Program-made: the position numbers and the translations under genes
In this document: piece by piece, positions 1 to 10,292 of the stretch
Layout: each line of letters opens with the position of its first letter
Position numbering within the stretch: the first letter of the stretch is position 1
The notes under the pieces: generated by a model
What the model saw: the letters and a program-made list of their open reading frames with translations, nothing else
Database searches by the model: none
Told to the model about the DNA's origin: nothing
NCBI GenBank assembly: GCA_041649175.1
Contig: JBAZNR010000001.1
Span: 911,497 to 975,496 of the forward strand
DNA: 64,000 nt
Reading direction: 5' to 3'
From: Candidatus Omnitrophota bacterium
GTDB taxonomy: Bacteria; Omnitrophota; Gorgyraeia; Zapsychrales; JBAZNR01

Positions 1-2762
1 TGATCATTATCATGGGATCCGGAGCGGAAGCTGTTCATGAAACAGTAGATTTCTTAAATAAAAAAGGCGAGAAGATCGGAGTTTTAAAGGTTCGGCTTTA
101 TCGTCCTTTTTCTATCAAACATTTTGTGGAAGCAATCCCTAAAACGGTTAAAACGATCGCTGTTCTCGACCGCACCAAAGAACCCGGCAGTGCCGGAGAG
201 CCTTTGTATTTGGACATTGTGAACGCTTTTGTTGAGGGCGGCGAGGGAGCCGGATTTAAAAAAATGCCCAAGATCATCGGCGGGCGTTATGGATTATCGT
301 CCAAAGAATTTACTTCGGCCATGGTCAAAGGTGTTTTTGATGAGTTATCTAAACCAAATCCCAAAAATCATTTCACCATCGGCATTCTAGACGATGTGAC
401 GCATACGAGCTTAGACTATGATGCCAGTTTTACGACGGAAGCTTCTGATGTTATTCGTGCTCTTTTTTACGGGCTTGGCGCCGACGGAACTGTGAGCGCG
501 AACAAAAATTCCATCAAGATCATCGGGGAAGACACTCCTAATTATGCGCAAGGATATTTTGTTTATGATTCTAAGAAATCCGGATCGGTGACGGTTTCCC
601 ACTTACGTTTTGGCCCGCGGGCGATCCGTTCCACCTATTTGGTTAATCGCGCTAATTTTGTCGGCTGTCATCAGTTCGTATTCTTAGAGAAATATGATGT
701 TTTGAAAGATATCGTCGAAAAAGGGACATTCCTTTTGAATAGTTCTTTTGGGGTTGATGAAGTTTGGAATCATCTGCCGCGTTCGGTTCAACAGCAGATG
801 ATCGATAAAAAGATAAAATTTTATGTTATCGATGCTTACAAAGTCGCCCGAGAAGCGGGAATGGGCGGAAGGATCAACACCATTATGCAAACCTGTTTCT
901 TTGCCATTTCCGGTGTTCTTCCAAAAGATGAAGCAATCGCCGCTATCAAGCATTCCATTGAAAAGACTTATGGGAAAAAAGGCGAAGAAATGGTCCAAAT
1001 GAATTTTAAAGCGGTAGACCATTCTTTGGCGCATCTTCACGAAGTGAAAATTCCGGGAAAAATATCAAGCACCATTGAGATGCGTCCGGCTGTTCCGGCT
1101 GCAGCTCCTGGATTTGTGCAAAAAGTAACCTCGATGATCATCGCGTCCCGCGGTGATGAATTACCGGTCAGTTGCATGCCCAATGACGGAACTTATCCGA
1201 CGGCAACAGCTCAATGGGAAAAACGTAATATCGCGCAGGAAATTCCCGTTTGGGATGAATCCATTTGTATTCAATGCGGCAAATGCGTGGTGGTTTGTCC
1301 TCACGCGGTTATTCGCGCTAAAGTTTTTGATACTAAAGATCTTGTCGGTGCGCCAGCTAGTTTTAAATCGACAGATGCGAAAGACCGTGAATGGCAAGGA
1401 TTGAAATTTTCTCTCCAAGTCTCTCCGGAAGATTGCACCGGCTGCGCCATTTGCGTAGATGTTTGCCCGGTAAAAAATAAAACAGAAACGAAGCTTAAAG
1501 CGATCAATATGCGGCCTCAACCGCCTTTGCGGGAAGCGGAATCTAAGAATTGGGAACATTTCCTGAAGATCCCGGAAATAGACCGTAATTTAGTGAAGCG
1601 TAATTCTATTCGGCAATCCCAGGTTTTCCAGCCGCTTTTTGAGTTTTCCGGCGCTTGCAGCGGTTGCGGAGAAACACCTTATCTAAAATTGATCAGCCAG
1701 TTATTCGGCGACCGGATGGTGGTTGCGAATGCGACGGGATGTTCTTCCATTTATGGAGGAAATCTCCCCACCACACCGTGGGCAAAAAATAATGAAGGCC
1801 GCGGCCCAGCATGGTCTAACTCTTTATTTGAAGACAATGCCGAGTTTGGTTTAGGATTCAGGCTTTCTATCAACAAGCAGAAAGAATTCGCCCGGGAATT
1901 AGTTCAAAGAATGGAATCACAAATCGGCGGTGAACTAGCCAAATCTATCTTAGACGCTGAACAAAAAGACGAACCGGGGATCTTTGAACAGCGTCAGCGC
2001 GTGGAGATCTTAAAAAAGAAGATCCAAACGCTTAAAACCTCGGAAGCCAAGATGCTTTTAAGCGTCGCGGATATGCTGGTCAAAAAAAGTGTTTGGATCA
2101 TCGGTGGCGACGGCTGGGCTTATGATATCGGTTTTGGCGGATTGGACCATGTCATGGCGTCCGGATACAATGTGAATATTCTTGTCCTGGACACAGAAGT
2201 TTATTCTAATACCGGCGGGCAGATGTCGAAATCTACGTCGAGAGCGGCGGTCGCCAAGTTTGCCGCCGGTGGAAAAAGTACGCCGAAAAAAGATTTAGCC
2301 CGCATTGCTATGACTTATGGAAATGTTTATGTGGCTTCCATCGCCATGGGCGCAAAGGATGAGCAGACACTGCGTGCGCTTTTAGAAGCGGAAAGTTATG
2401 ACGGCCCATCTTTGGTCATTGCCTACAGCCATTGCATCGCGCACGGCATTGACATGACGACAGGGATGCAAAATCAAAAAGCGGCTGTTGCGAGCGGCTA
2501 TTGGCCGATATTCCGTTACAATCCTTTGCTTAAAAAAGAAGGAAAAAATCCTTTCCAGCTGGATTGCGCGGAACCAAAATTATCATTTAAAGATTATGCG
2601 TATACGGAAAATCGTTTTAAAATGCTGACAAAGAGCAAGCCCGAAGAAGCTAAGGTTCTTCTTGGGCTCGCGCAACAAGATATTCTTGAGCGCTGGAAAA
2701 TTTACGCGGCGATGGCGGCGGCTCCGGCGGCACAAAATCCCGAACCCATTCAGAAAACTTAA
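1..2762 (+). CDS. nifJ: Pyruvate:ferredoxin (flavodoxin) oxidoreductase, single-chain type. The N-terminal ~260 aa lie upstream of the window.
   Basis: The ORF has no in-frame stop back to base 1. It contains two 4Fe-4S ferredoxin motifs (CIQCGKCVVVCP, CTGCAICVDVCP) and the TPP-binding motif GGDGWAYDIGFGGLDH typical of PFOR domain VI. Its 916 aa match the C-terminal ~3/4 of a ~1170-aa PFOR. Confidence 0.85.
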   Translation, partial: IIIMGSGAEAVHETVDFLNKKGEKIGVLKVRLYRPFSIKHFVEAIPKTVKTIAVLDRTKEPGSAGEPLYLDIVNAFVEGGEGAGFKKMPKIIGGRYGLSSKEFTSAMVKGVFDELSKPNPKNHFTIGILDDVTHTSLDYDASFTTEASDVIRALFYGLGADGTVSANKNSIKIIGEDTPNYAQGYFVYDSKKSGSVTVSHLRFGPRAIRSTYLVNRANFVGCHQFVFLEKYDVLKDIVEKGTFLLNSSFGVDEVWNHLPRSVQQQMIDKKIKFYVIDAYKVAREAGMGGRINTIMQTCFFAISGVLPKDEAIAAIKHSIEKTYGKKGEEMVQMNFKAVDHSLAHLHEVKIPGKISSTIEMRPAVPAAAPGFVQKVTSMIIASRGDELPVSCMPNDGTYPTATAQWEKRNIAQEIPVWDESICIQCGKCVVVCPHAVIRAKVFDTKDLVGAPASFKSTDAKDREWQGLKFSLQVSPEDCTGCAICVDVCPVKNKTETKLKAINMRPQPPLREAESKNWEHFLKIPEIDRNLVKRNSIRQSQVFQPLFEFSGACSGCGETPYLKLISQLFGDRMVVANATGCSSIYGGNLPTTPWAKNNEGRGPAWSNSLFEDNAEFGLGFRLSINKQKEFARELVQRMESQIGGELAKSILDAEQKDEPGIFEQRQRVEILKKKIQTLKTSEAKMLLSVADMLVKKSVWIIGGDGWAYDIGFGGLDHVMASGYNVNILVLDTEVYSNTGGQMSKSTSRAAVAKFAAGGKSTPKKDLARIAMTYGNVYVASIAMGAKDEQTLRALLEAESYDGPSLVIAYSHCIAHGIDMTTGMQNQKAAVASGYWPIFRYNPLLKKEGKNPFQLDCAEPKLSFKDYAYTENRFKMLTKSKPEEAKVLLGLAQQDILERWKIYAAMAAAPAAQNPEPIQKT

Positions 2763-2782
2763 AAAAGAAAGAGGACGAACAT

Positions 2783-3772
2783 ATGGACCTGTCAACCAGC
2801 TACATGGGGTTAAAACTTAAAAATCCTTTGGTCGCTTCGGCATCGCCTTTATCCGATAGTGTTGAGAGCATTAAACGCCTGGAAGATAGTGGTATTGCGG
2901 CTGTTGTTAATCATTCTCTTTTTGAAGAACAGCTTTCTCGCGAGGCGAAAGAACTCGACCATCATTTAACGCACGGAACGCAAAGCTATGCTGAATCTCT
3001 TACTTATTTTCCGGAGATGGCCGATTTTTCTTTAGGTCCGGAAGAATATTTGAAACACATCAGCCAGGCCAAGAAAGCTGTTAAAATTCCCATCATCGGA
3101 AGCTTGAACGGCTATACTGACGGCGGCTGGGTCAAATACGCGAAAAATATTCAAGAGGCCGGAGCCGATGCGCTTGAATTGAATATTTATTTTATTCCGA
3201 CGGACGCGGATCTTTCCGGCGTGGATGTGGAAAAACGCTACATTGATATTTTACGGGCTGTTAAATCCAATGTTTCTATCCCGGTGGCGGTTAAGCTTAG
3301 CCCATATTTTAGTTCTATGGCCAATATGGCGAAAAGGCTTGATGAGGCCGGAGCCGATGCCCTTGTTTTATTTAATCGTTTTTATCAGCCCGATATTGAC
3401 CTAGAAACTCTGACGGTTGTTCCTAACGTTTTATTAAGCACGCCTCAGGCGATGCGGCTTCCGCTGCGCTGGATAGCCATTCTTTACGGCCGTCTTAAAG
3501 CAGATTTAGCGGCAACGAGCGGTATCCATCATCCGGAAGATGTCATCAAGATGCTGATGGCAGGAGCAGATGTCGCCATGGTTTGTTCTGTCCTTTTGCG
3601 TAACGGTGTTGATTATACGAAAGATATTTTAAAAGGCATTGAATGGTGGATGAAGGAGCACGAATATGAATCGGTCAAGCAAATGAAGGGAAGTATGAGC
3701 CAGAAATCCTGCGAAAATCCGCAGGCCTTTGAGCGGGCCAATTATATGAAGGCTTTAAAAACGTTTAGATAA
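2783..3772 (+). CDS. Dihydroorotate dehydrogenase (PyrD)-like FMN TIM-barrel protein, possibly non-canonical.
   Basis: It has a PyrD class-1-like N-terminus (LKLKNPLVASASP) and an overall barrel pattern. At the position of the catalytic 'ELNxSCPN' motif the sequence reads ELNIYFIPT, so the Cys/Ser base appears absent. Confidence 0.5.
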   Translation: MDLSTSYMGLKLKNPLVASASPLSDSVESIKRLEDSGIAAVVNHSLFEEQLSREAKELDHHLTHGTQSYAESLTYFPEMADFSLGPEEYLKHISQAKKAVKIPIIGSLNGYTDGGWVKYAKNIQEAGADALELNIYFIPTDADLSGVDVEKRYIDILRAVKSNVSIPVAVKLSPYFSSMANMAKRLDEAGADALVLFNRFYQPDIDLETLTVVPNVLLSTPQAMRLPLRWIAILYGRLKADLAATSGIHHPEDVIKMLMAGADVAMVCSVLLRNGVDYTKDILKGIEWWMKEHEYESVKQMKGSMSQKSCENPQAFERANYMKALKTFR

Positions 3773-3817
3773 AATTATTTCTGAACAATGCCGCACCTTA
3801 AGAGGAGTTATTGATCC

Positions 3818-4327
3818 ATGATGAAAAAGAACATAAAAAATTACGATCTACCAAAAGATGATCCGCGCACAAAAATGATCTTAGCGGCCATCAAAAAAGA
3901 AAGCGGCAAGCCGGACTCACTTATTCAGATCTTGCATACGGCGCAAAACCTATACGGGTATTTACCGATGAATGTCATCGGGTTCATTACCCAGCAATTA
4001 GGAGTTCCGCCGAGCCGTGTTTTTGGGGTCGTAACGTTTTATCATTTTTTCTCATTAAAGCCCAAAGGTGAACACACGTGCTTGGTTTGTACCGGAACTG
4101 CGTGTTACGTCAAAGGTGCGCAAACCATCCTGGAAGAAATTGAGAAGAAGTATTCTTTGAAACCGGGCGAGGTAACGCCCGACAATCATCTGGGCCTTCA
4201 GACAGCGCGCTGTATCGGGGCTTGCGGTTTAGCACCGGCCGTTGTCATTGACGATAATATTGTAGCCAAGGTTAAGCCGGAAGAGGTTGGCGGTATTATT
4301 CATTCAAGGATCGGAGACAAGAAATGA
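3818..4327 (+). CDS. hoxE: Bidirectional [NiFe] hydrogenase diaphorase subunit HoxE (NuoE-like 2Fe-2S thioredoxin-fold protein).
   Basis: NuoE/24-kDa family cysteine pattern (CLVCTGTAC ... CIGACGLAP). It overlaps hoxF by 4 nt. Confidence 0.8.
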   Translation: MMKKNIKNYDLPKDDPRTKMILAAIKKESGKPDSLIQILHTAQNLYGYLPMNVIGFITQQLGVPPSRVFGVVTFYHFFSLKPKGEHTCLVCTGTACYVKGAQTILEEIEKKYSLKPGEVTPDNHLGLQTARCIGACGLAPAVVIDDNIVAKVKPEEVGGIIHSRIGDKK

Positions 4328-5961
4328 ATTTAGAAGAACTTAATAATATTGCGGATAGTGTTAAAAAGAAAAATGACGGATTAAAAAAGAAAGTTTGTGT
4401 TTGTTGCGGCGCGGGCTGTATTTCCTCGGGAAGCGAGGCGGTTTTAAAGAATTTACAGGAAGCCGTCAAATCAAAGAATTTAAGCAATGAAATCAGCGTT
4501 GTTCCGTCGGGATGCATGGGGCCGTGCAATCAAGGGCCTTTGGTCAAAGTGGTTCCCGATCAGACGATCTATCAGAGGATCACCGAAGAAGATGCCGGAA
4601 TTATTTTTGATAAACATGTTCTGCAAAATCAACCTGTCAAAGAAAAGATCCTTTTTTCGGATGTGCGCCAGCAAGCTTTTGTGAATACCAATGACGACCC
4701 GTTCTTTAAAAAGCAGCACAAGATCGTTTTAGAAAATTGCGGCAATATCAACCCGGAAGTCATCGAAGATTATATTGCTGTGGACGGCTATAAAGCTATT
4801 GAGAAAGCTTTGCACTTATCACCGGAGGCCGTGATCGTCGAAATAAAATCAAGCCGTTTGCGCGGCCGCGGCGGCGCCGGTTTTCCGACGGGATTAAAGT
4901 GGGAAACGGTGCATAAATACGTGGCGGATGAAAAATATGTCATTTGCAACGGTGATGAAGGCGATCCGGGCGCTTTTATGGATCGAAGTGTTTTAGAAAG
5001 TGATCCGCATCGTGTTTTGGAAGGGATGATCATTGCCGGATTTGCTATCGGGGCGCAGAGGGGATTTGCCTATATTCGAGGAGAATACCCTTTGGCCATC
5101 AAGCGTTTTGATCAAGCCATCAAGCAAGCCCGCAAGTTAGGGCTTTTGGGCAAGAACATTTTGGGGACGGAATTTAATTTTGATGTGGAAATTCGTATTG
5201 GCGCGGGGGCTTTTGTTTGCGGCGAAGAAACAGCTCTTATTGCCTCTATCGAAGGAAAACGCGGAACTCCGCGTCCACGCCCGCCGTATCCGGCGGAAGC
5301 GGGGCTTTGGGGAAAACCGACGCTCATCAATAATGTGGAAACATTCGCCAATATCGCGCCGATCATTTTACGCGGCGGAGCCTGGTATGGCGCTATCGGA
5401 ACGCCGAAAAGCGCGGGAACAAAAGTGTTTGCCTTAGCGGGAAAAATTAATTTTTCCGGGCTGATCGAAGTTCCCATGGGGACAAGTTTGCGTGAAATTA
5501 TCTTTGATATCGGCGGAGGCATTCCCGGCGGAAAAAAATTTAAAGCGGCGCAAACCGGCGGCCCGTCGGGCGGATGTATTCCGGAACAGCATTTGGATAC
5601 AAAAGTGGATTATGAATCCTTGGTGAGCTTAGGCTCTATTATGGGCTCCGGTGGTCTTATTATTATGGATGAAACATCCAATATGGTGGATGTAGCGCGC
5701 TATTTTATGGAATTTTGTATGGACGAGTCTTGCGGAAAGTGTGTTCCGTGCCGCGCGGGAACAAAACAAATGCATGAGCTTTTATTGAAATTTTGCGCCA
5801 AAAAGGCAACTGATGCCGATATGGCGCTTTTAGAAGAATTAGCGACGTATGTGAAAGAAGCCAGCCTTTGTGGCTTAGGCGCTTCCGCGCCCAATCCTCT
5901 GCTTAGCACATTGCGGTATTTCAAGGACGAATACGCGGCGCAGATCAACAAAAGCTTATAA
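4324..5961 (+). CDS. hoxF: Hydrogenase diaphorase subunit HoxF (NuoF-like, FMN/NAD-binding, Fe-S).
   Basis: N-terminal thioredoxin-like 2Fe-2S (CVCCGAGC), the GRGGAGFPTGLKWE FMN/NADH motif, and a C-terminal 4Fe-4S (CGKCVPCR). Confidence 0.85.
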   Translation: MNLEELNNIADSVKKKNDGLKKKVCVCCGAGCISSGSEAVLKNLQEAVKSKNLSNEISVVPSGCMGPCNQGPLVKVVPDQTIYQRITEEDAGIIFDKHVLQNQPVKEKILFSDVRQQAFVNTNDDPFFKKQHKIVLENCGNINPEVIEDYIAVDGYKAIEKALHLSPEAVIVEIKSSRLRGRGGAGFPTGLKWETVHKYVADEKYVICNGDEGDPGAFMDRSVLESDPHRVLEGMIIAGFAIGAQRGFAYIRGEYPLAIKRFDQAIKQARKLGLLGKNILGTEFNFDVEIRIGAGAFVCGEETALIASIEGKRGTPRPRPPYPAEAGLWGKPTLINNVETFANIAPIILRGGAWYGAIGTPKSAGTKVFALAGKINFSGLIEVPMGTSLREIIFDIGGGIPGGKKFKAAQTGGPSGGCIPEQHLDTKVDYESLVSLGSIMGSGGLIIMDETSNMVDVARYFMEFCMDESCGKCVPCRAGTKQMHELLLKFCAKKATDADMALLEELATYVKEASLCGLGASAPNPLLSTLRYFKDEYAAQINKSL

Positions 5962-5980
5962 ATCTATCGGAATTCTTATT

Positions 5981-7579
5981 ATGAATAAGAAAGTAATTAT
6001 TACAGCGCTGTTATTCGTGATGGGCTGTTTTGCCGTTCATCAAGAATGCGCTTTTGCCAATAACCTTGCGGTCTCCAACGTGACGATGAGTACGCGTGAT
6101 CCGGCTAATGACACTTTTATTTTACAATTCGATGTTTCTTGGAACAATTCTTGGCGCAATAAGATAAATCATGATGCCATTTGGTTTTTTGTCAAAGTGG
6201 ATACCGGCACAGCACCTTATTCCCATTGTTTGATGAAAACTTCCGGTGCTAGTCCCACGGGATTTTCCGCGGGCTCAGATACGAATTTAGCCATTTATGT
6301 CCCATCCGATAAAACGGGAGCATTTTTACGCCCGTCATCTTATAGAGCCATGGGTAGTGTTTCCTCAACCAGTGTCCAGCTCAAGGTAGATTATGGTGCC
6401 AGCAGCTGCAATATTGCGGATACGGCAAGCATTACGCCTTATGTTTACGGCATTGAAATGGTTTATGTTCCGCAGGGAGAATTTTATGTCGGGGATTTTG
6501 CTACAAGTACAAGTAGTTTTAAGCAGGGTTCTGCGGACGACGATCCTTGGTATATTTCCAGCGAAGGAACCTTGCTCACAACCAGCGGAGCATCGGACGG
6601 GTATTATTATGTTGACTCGACAGCAACAGTCGGAGCTGAATTTCTTGACGGTGATATCTTTACCATTCCGGCGGCTTTTCCCAAAGGTTATCAAGCCTTT
6701 TATTGCATGAAATATGAAGTAACCGAAGGACAATACGTTGATTTTATTAATAGCCTTAGTCCGGAAGCGGCAAAAACTCGGGATATTACGGATACCACAG
6801 GAAAGAACTCCGATAGCGTGATTGTGCGCAATACGATCACAATTAATTCGGCAGTTCCGACTGCCACGACCACTCGTTCTGATCGCGCTTTAAACTACAT
6901 CAGCTGGATGGACTTGTCTGCCTATCTTGATTGGGCGGCCCTTCGCCCTATGACAGAATTAGAATATGAAAAAGTTGCCCGCGGCCCGGTTATTCCTGTT
7001 AAGGGAGAGTATGCCTGGGGCACGACGGATATTATTCGCGCTGTTACTATTTCCATTAGCCCCGAAGACGGTACCGAAACTGTAACCACAACCGATGGCA
7101 TAGGAAGGGCATATGTTAATCAGGGAGGTAGGACTTTTAGCCGAGGAGATGTCCATTTGGGAGTGGAGTATACCCGAGGGCCGCTTCGCGTAGGCATTTT
7201 TGCTACGGCAACAGCGGACAGGGTAACAGCAGGAGCCGGTTATTACGGAGCAATGGAGCTTAGCGGTAATGTTTCGGAGATGGTAGTTATTATCGGTAAT
7301 TCTTGGGGAATTACATATACCGGTGGTCATGGAGATGGCGCCTTAACGACGAGCACAACAAATCAAGGCAATGCGAATGTGACAGGGTGGGTATTATTGG
7401 ATCCGGCTGATTCTGCTAGAGGCATCACGGGATATACGGGTTCTGCCGATAGAGGCGATGGATGGACTGCTGCCAGTGGAACAATTTCATATCGCCGCCG
7501 CTATCTTGACAATGTTGGTATGGATGGGATCCCGCGCAAGCATTACATAGGCGGACGCGGTGTAAGAACATACAATTAA
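5981..7579 (+). CDS. Secreted FGE-sulfatase (SUMF1/EgtB/PvdO) domain protein inserted inside the hox operon.
   Basis: Signal peptide (MNKKVIITALLFVMGCFAVHQECAFA). The FGE-domain start MVYVPQGEFYVGD matches MVxIPgGxFxMG, and the motif RPMTELEYEKVARGP...EYAWGT matches LPTEAEWEYAARGG...YPWG. The N-terminal 130 aa have no recognisable family. Confidence 0.6.
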   Translation: MNKKVIITALLFVMGCFAVHQECAFANNLAVSNVTMSTRDPANDTFILQFDVSWNNSWRNKINHDAIWFFVKVDTGTAPYSHCLMKTSGASPTGFSAGSDTNLAIYVPSDKTGAFLRPSSYRAMGSVSSTSVQLKVDYGASSCNIADTASITPYVYGIEMVYVPQGEFYVGDFATSTSSFKQGSADDDPWYISSEGTLLTTSGASDGYYYVDSTATVGAEFLDGDIFTIPAAFPKGYQAFYCMKYEVTEGQYVDFINSLSPEAAKTRDITDTTGKNSDSVIVRNTITINSAVPTATTTRSDRALNYISWMDLSAYLDWAALRPMTELEYEKVARGPVIPVKGEYAWGTTDIIRAVTISISPEDGTETVTTTDGIGRAYVNQGGRTFSRGDVHLGVEYTRGPLRVGIFATATADRVTAGAGYYGAMELSGNVSEMVVIIGNSWGITYTGGHGDGALTTSTTNQGNANVTGWVLLDPADSARGITGYTGSADRGDGWTAASGTISYRRRYLDNVGMDGIPRKHYIGGRGVRTYN

Positions 7580-7625
7580 AGATCAAGGTTTTTAGGAACT
7601 TAAAGAAGCTTAAGGAGGATGGTGA

Positions 7626-8336
7626 ATGCCTGTAAAAATTCCGATCACGATTGACGATAAGCCTATTGAAATTGATTCTGGAAAAACAATTCTGGAGGCA
7701 TGTCGGGAAAACGGCATCGATATCCCGACGATGTGTCACTTGGAAGGGCTTAAAGATGTGGGGGCTTGCCGGATGTGTTTAATTGAGATCGAAGGCATCC
7801 CAAAGCTTTTGCCGTCTTGCACCACAAAACCGGCGCCGAATCAGAAAATAAAAACCCAATCGGAAAAGATCAAGAAATACCGACGGATGACGGTCGAATT
7901 GCTTTTTGCCGAACGTAATCACGTTTGTTCTATTTGTGCCGCCAATAATAATTGCGAGCTTCAGGATTTGGGCTACAAAGTCGGAATGGAACATGTGCGT
8001 TTTCCGTACCTTTTTCCTCAATGCCAAATTGATGCCTCGCACGAAAAATATATCATTGATCATAACCGCTGTATTTTATGTACGCGCTGTGTGCGTGTTT
8101 GCGGCGATATCGAAGGCGCCCATAACTGGAACGTGATGGGGCGCGGATTTCAATCGCGTATTATTTCTGATTTTAATCAGCCCTGGGGCCAATCTACGAC
8201 GTGTACGTCGTGCGGAAAATGCATTGAGGTTTGCCCGACGGGAGCATTATTGCCCAAAGGAATTTTTCAGGGGCAATTAGATAAAACTCCTGAATCAATC
8301 GTTGAACTTGCCAGAAAAAGAAAGATGAGCCTATGA
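7626..8336 (+). CDS. hoxU: Hydrogenase diaphorase subunit HoxU (NuoG N-terminal-like 2Fe-2S/4Fe-4S protein).
   Basis: 2Fe-2S motif CHLEGLKDVGACRMC, followed by CSICAANNNC, CILCTRCVRVC and CTSCGKCIEVCP clusters. Confidence 0.8.
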   Translation: MPVKIPITIDDKPIEIDSGKTILEACRENGIDIPTMCHLEGLKDVGACRMCLIEIEGIPKLLPSCTTKPAPNQKIKTQSEKIKKYRRMTVELLFAERNHVCSICAANNNCELQDLGYKVGMEHVRFPYLFPQCQIDASHEKYIIDHNRCILCTRCVRVCGDIEGAHNWNVMGRGFQSRIISDFNQPWGQSTTCTSCGKCIEVCPTGALLPKGIFQGQLDKTPESIVELARKRKMSL

Positions 8337-8872
8337 ACAAGAAAAAAATTGCGACCGTGTGGTTGGCCGGATGCTCCGGATGTCATATGTCTTTGTTGGA
8401 TATTGATGAACGGATCTTAGATGTCGTGAAATTGGCCGATATTGTCAAAAGCCCTATTGTGGACGGAAAAGAATTTCCGGATGTCGATGTGGCTTTGGTA
8501 GAAGGGTCGGTAGCCAGCGACGAACATTTGCGAGAGATCAAGCATATCCGCGCGCACTCTAAGATCCTTATTTCATTCGGTGATTGCGCGGTAACGGGTA
8601 ATGTGTCGGCGCTAAGGAATTTTATTACTAAGGAAGCGGCTTTAAATCGCGCTTATATTGAGGCGGAAAGTAATGACCAAGGCCTTATCCCTGATTCACC
8701 GGAAATTCAAAAGCTCATTGATCGGGTTTATCCTTTGCACGAAATTGTTAAAGTGGATTATTATATCCCGGGATGCCCTCCATCGGCTGATCTTATCTTT
8801 TATGTGTTAAGCGAGCTTTTGTGTGACCGGGTTCCCAATTTAGAGGAAGGAAGGAAATTGAAATATGGATAA
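8333..8872 (+). CDS. hoxY: [NiFe] hydrogenase small subunit HoxY (NuoB-like).
   Basis: WLAGCSGCHMSLLD proximal-cluster motif. Its size (179 aa) and position directly upstream of the large subunit fit HoxY. Confidence 0.8.
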   Translation: MNKKKIATVWLAGCSGCHMSLLDIDERILDVVKLADIVKSPIVDGKEFPDVDVALVEGSVASDEHLREIKHIRAHSKILISFGDCAVTGNVSALRNFITKEAALNRAYIEAESNDQGLIPDSPEIQKLIDRVYPLHEIVKVDYYIPGCPPSADLIFYVLSELLCDRVPNLEEGRKLKYG

Positions 8873-10292
8873 AAAAATAACCATTAGCCCTGTGACGCGT
8901 ATTGAGGGCCATGCCAAGATCACGATCCAGCTAGGCGAAGACGGGCAAGTTAAAGATGCGCTTTTTCACGTGAATGAATTTCGCGGATTTGAAAAATTCT
9001 GCGAAGGCCGCGTTTATACAGAAATGCCTTCTATCACGCCGCGTATTTGCGGAATTTGTCCCGTGAGCCACGCTGTTTCTAGCGCGAAGGCCTGCGAAAT
9101 GATCATGAAAGTTCAGGTTCCGTATACAGGAACGCTTTTACGGCGCTTGATCCATCTTGGGCAAATGATCTCTTCGCATGCGCTAAGCTTCTTTCATCTT
9201 TCTTCACCGGATTTTCTCTTAGGGTGGGATTCTGACCCCACCACGCGTAACATTGTTGGTTTGGCGGAAAAATTTCCGGATATTGCCAAACGCGGAATCC
9301 GTTTGCGCAAATTTGGCCAGGAGATCAGTGAACGGCTGACGGGCAAAAAAGTCCATATTATGGGTATTATCGCCGGAGGATTTTCTTATCCACTGGAAGA
9401 AGCTAATCGCAAAGCACTTTTAGAATGGATCCCGGAAGCGCTAGAGACAACTAAGATCGGCATTGATATTTTTAAGAAGTATTACGCGCAAAATAAAAAA
9501 GAAGTTGAATCGTTCGCTAATTTTGAAACATTGCACTTGGGAACTGTTGGGCCCGACGGTGAATTGGAATTATACGACGGTAAACTGCGCTATGTGGATG
9601 CCCATGGAAAAATGTTAGCCGATCAACTTGATCCCAAAAACTATCTTGATTTTATTGCCGAGCGCCCTATTGCTTGGTCGTATTTAAAGTATCCGTATTA
9701 TAAACCGGCCGGTTATCCGCAAGGATTTTACCGTGTCGGGCCTTTGGCGCGGCTTAATGTGGCTTCAAAAATGAAAACGCCTTTAGCTCAAGCCGAGTTT
9801 AAAAATTACAAAGATTTGGGCCGCGGCAAACCGCTCAATGGTTCTTTTTATTTTCATTACGCGCGGCTCATTGAAACCTTAGGATGTATTGAAGAAGCGC
9901 GAGATATTCTTAATGATCCTAAAATCCTTTCGACAGAAATTCAGGCCGTTGCCTCACGCAATCAATCGGAGGGCGTGGGCTGTTCTGAGGCGCCGCGTGG
10001 AACATTGTTCCATCATTATAAAACCGATGATAACGGTGTGTTGACCAAGGTCAATCTTTTGATCGCTACGGGTCAGAATAATCCGGCGATGAACCGCTCA
10101 GTTTTAGAAGTTGCCAAACAATACGTTAAGGGAAGCGATGTGAAAGAAGGGGCTTTAAACCGGGTTGAGGCGGCTATTCGCTGTTATGATCCGTGCCTTT
10201 CTTGCTCGACGCATGCCATCGGCGCTATGCCGCTGATCGTGGAGATCCATGACCATCAAGGAAGAATTTTAAATTCTATCAAACGGGGATAA
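8865..10292 (+). CDS. hoxH: [NiFe] hydrogenase large subunit HoxH.
   Basis: N-terminal RICGICPVSH (RxCGxCxxxH) and C-terminal DPCLSCSTHAIG (DPCxxCxxH) Ni-Fe ligand motifs. Confidence 0.9.
   Translation: MDKKITISPVTRIEGHAKITIQLGEDGQVKDALFHVNEFRGFEKFCEGRVYTEMPSITPRICGICPVSHAVSSAKACEMIMKVQVPYTGTLLRRLIHLGQMISSHALSFFHLSSPDFLLGWDSDPTTRNIVGLAEKFPDIAKRGIRLRKFGQEISERLTGKKVHIMGIIAGGFSYPLEEANRKALLEWIPEALETTKIGIDIFKKYYAQNKKEVESFANFETLHLGTVGPDGELELYDGKLRYVDAHGKMLADQLDPKNYLDFIAERPIAWSYLKYPYYKPAGYPQGFYRVGPLARLNVASKMKTPLAQAEFKNYKDLGRGKPLNGSFYFHYARLIETLGCIEEARDILNDPKILSTEIQAVASRNQSEGVGCSEAPRGTLFHHYKTDDNGVLTKVNLLIATGQNNPAMNRSVLEVAKQYVKGSDVKEGALNRVEAAIRCYDPCLSCSTHAIGAMPLIVEIHDHQGRILNSIKRG

Noticed and set aside
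5112-5522. 136-aa minus-strand ORF inside hoxF, and similar antisense ORFs inside nifJ, hoxH, hypF, nrdJ, RND, HK and the giant protein gene.
   Set aside because: All are embedded antisense in long, motif-rich sense genes. They have no independent support.
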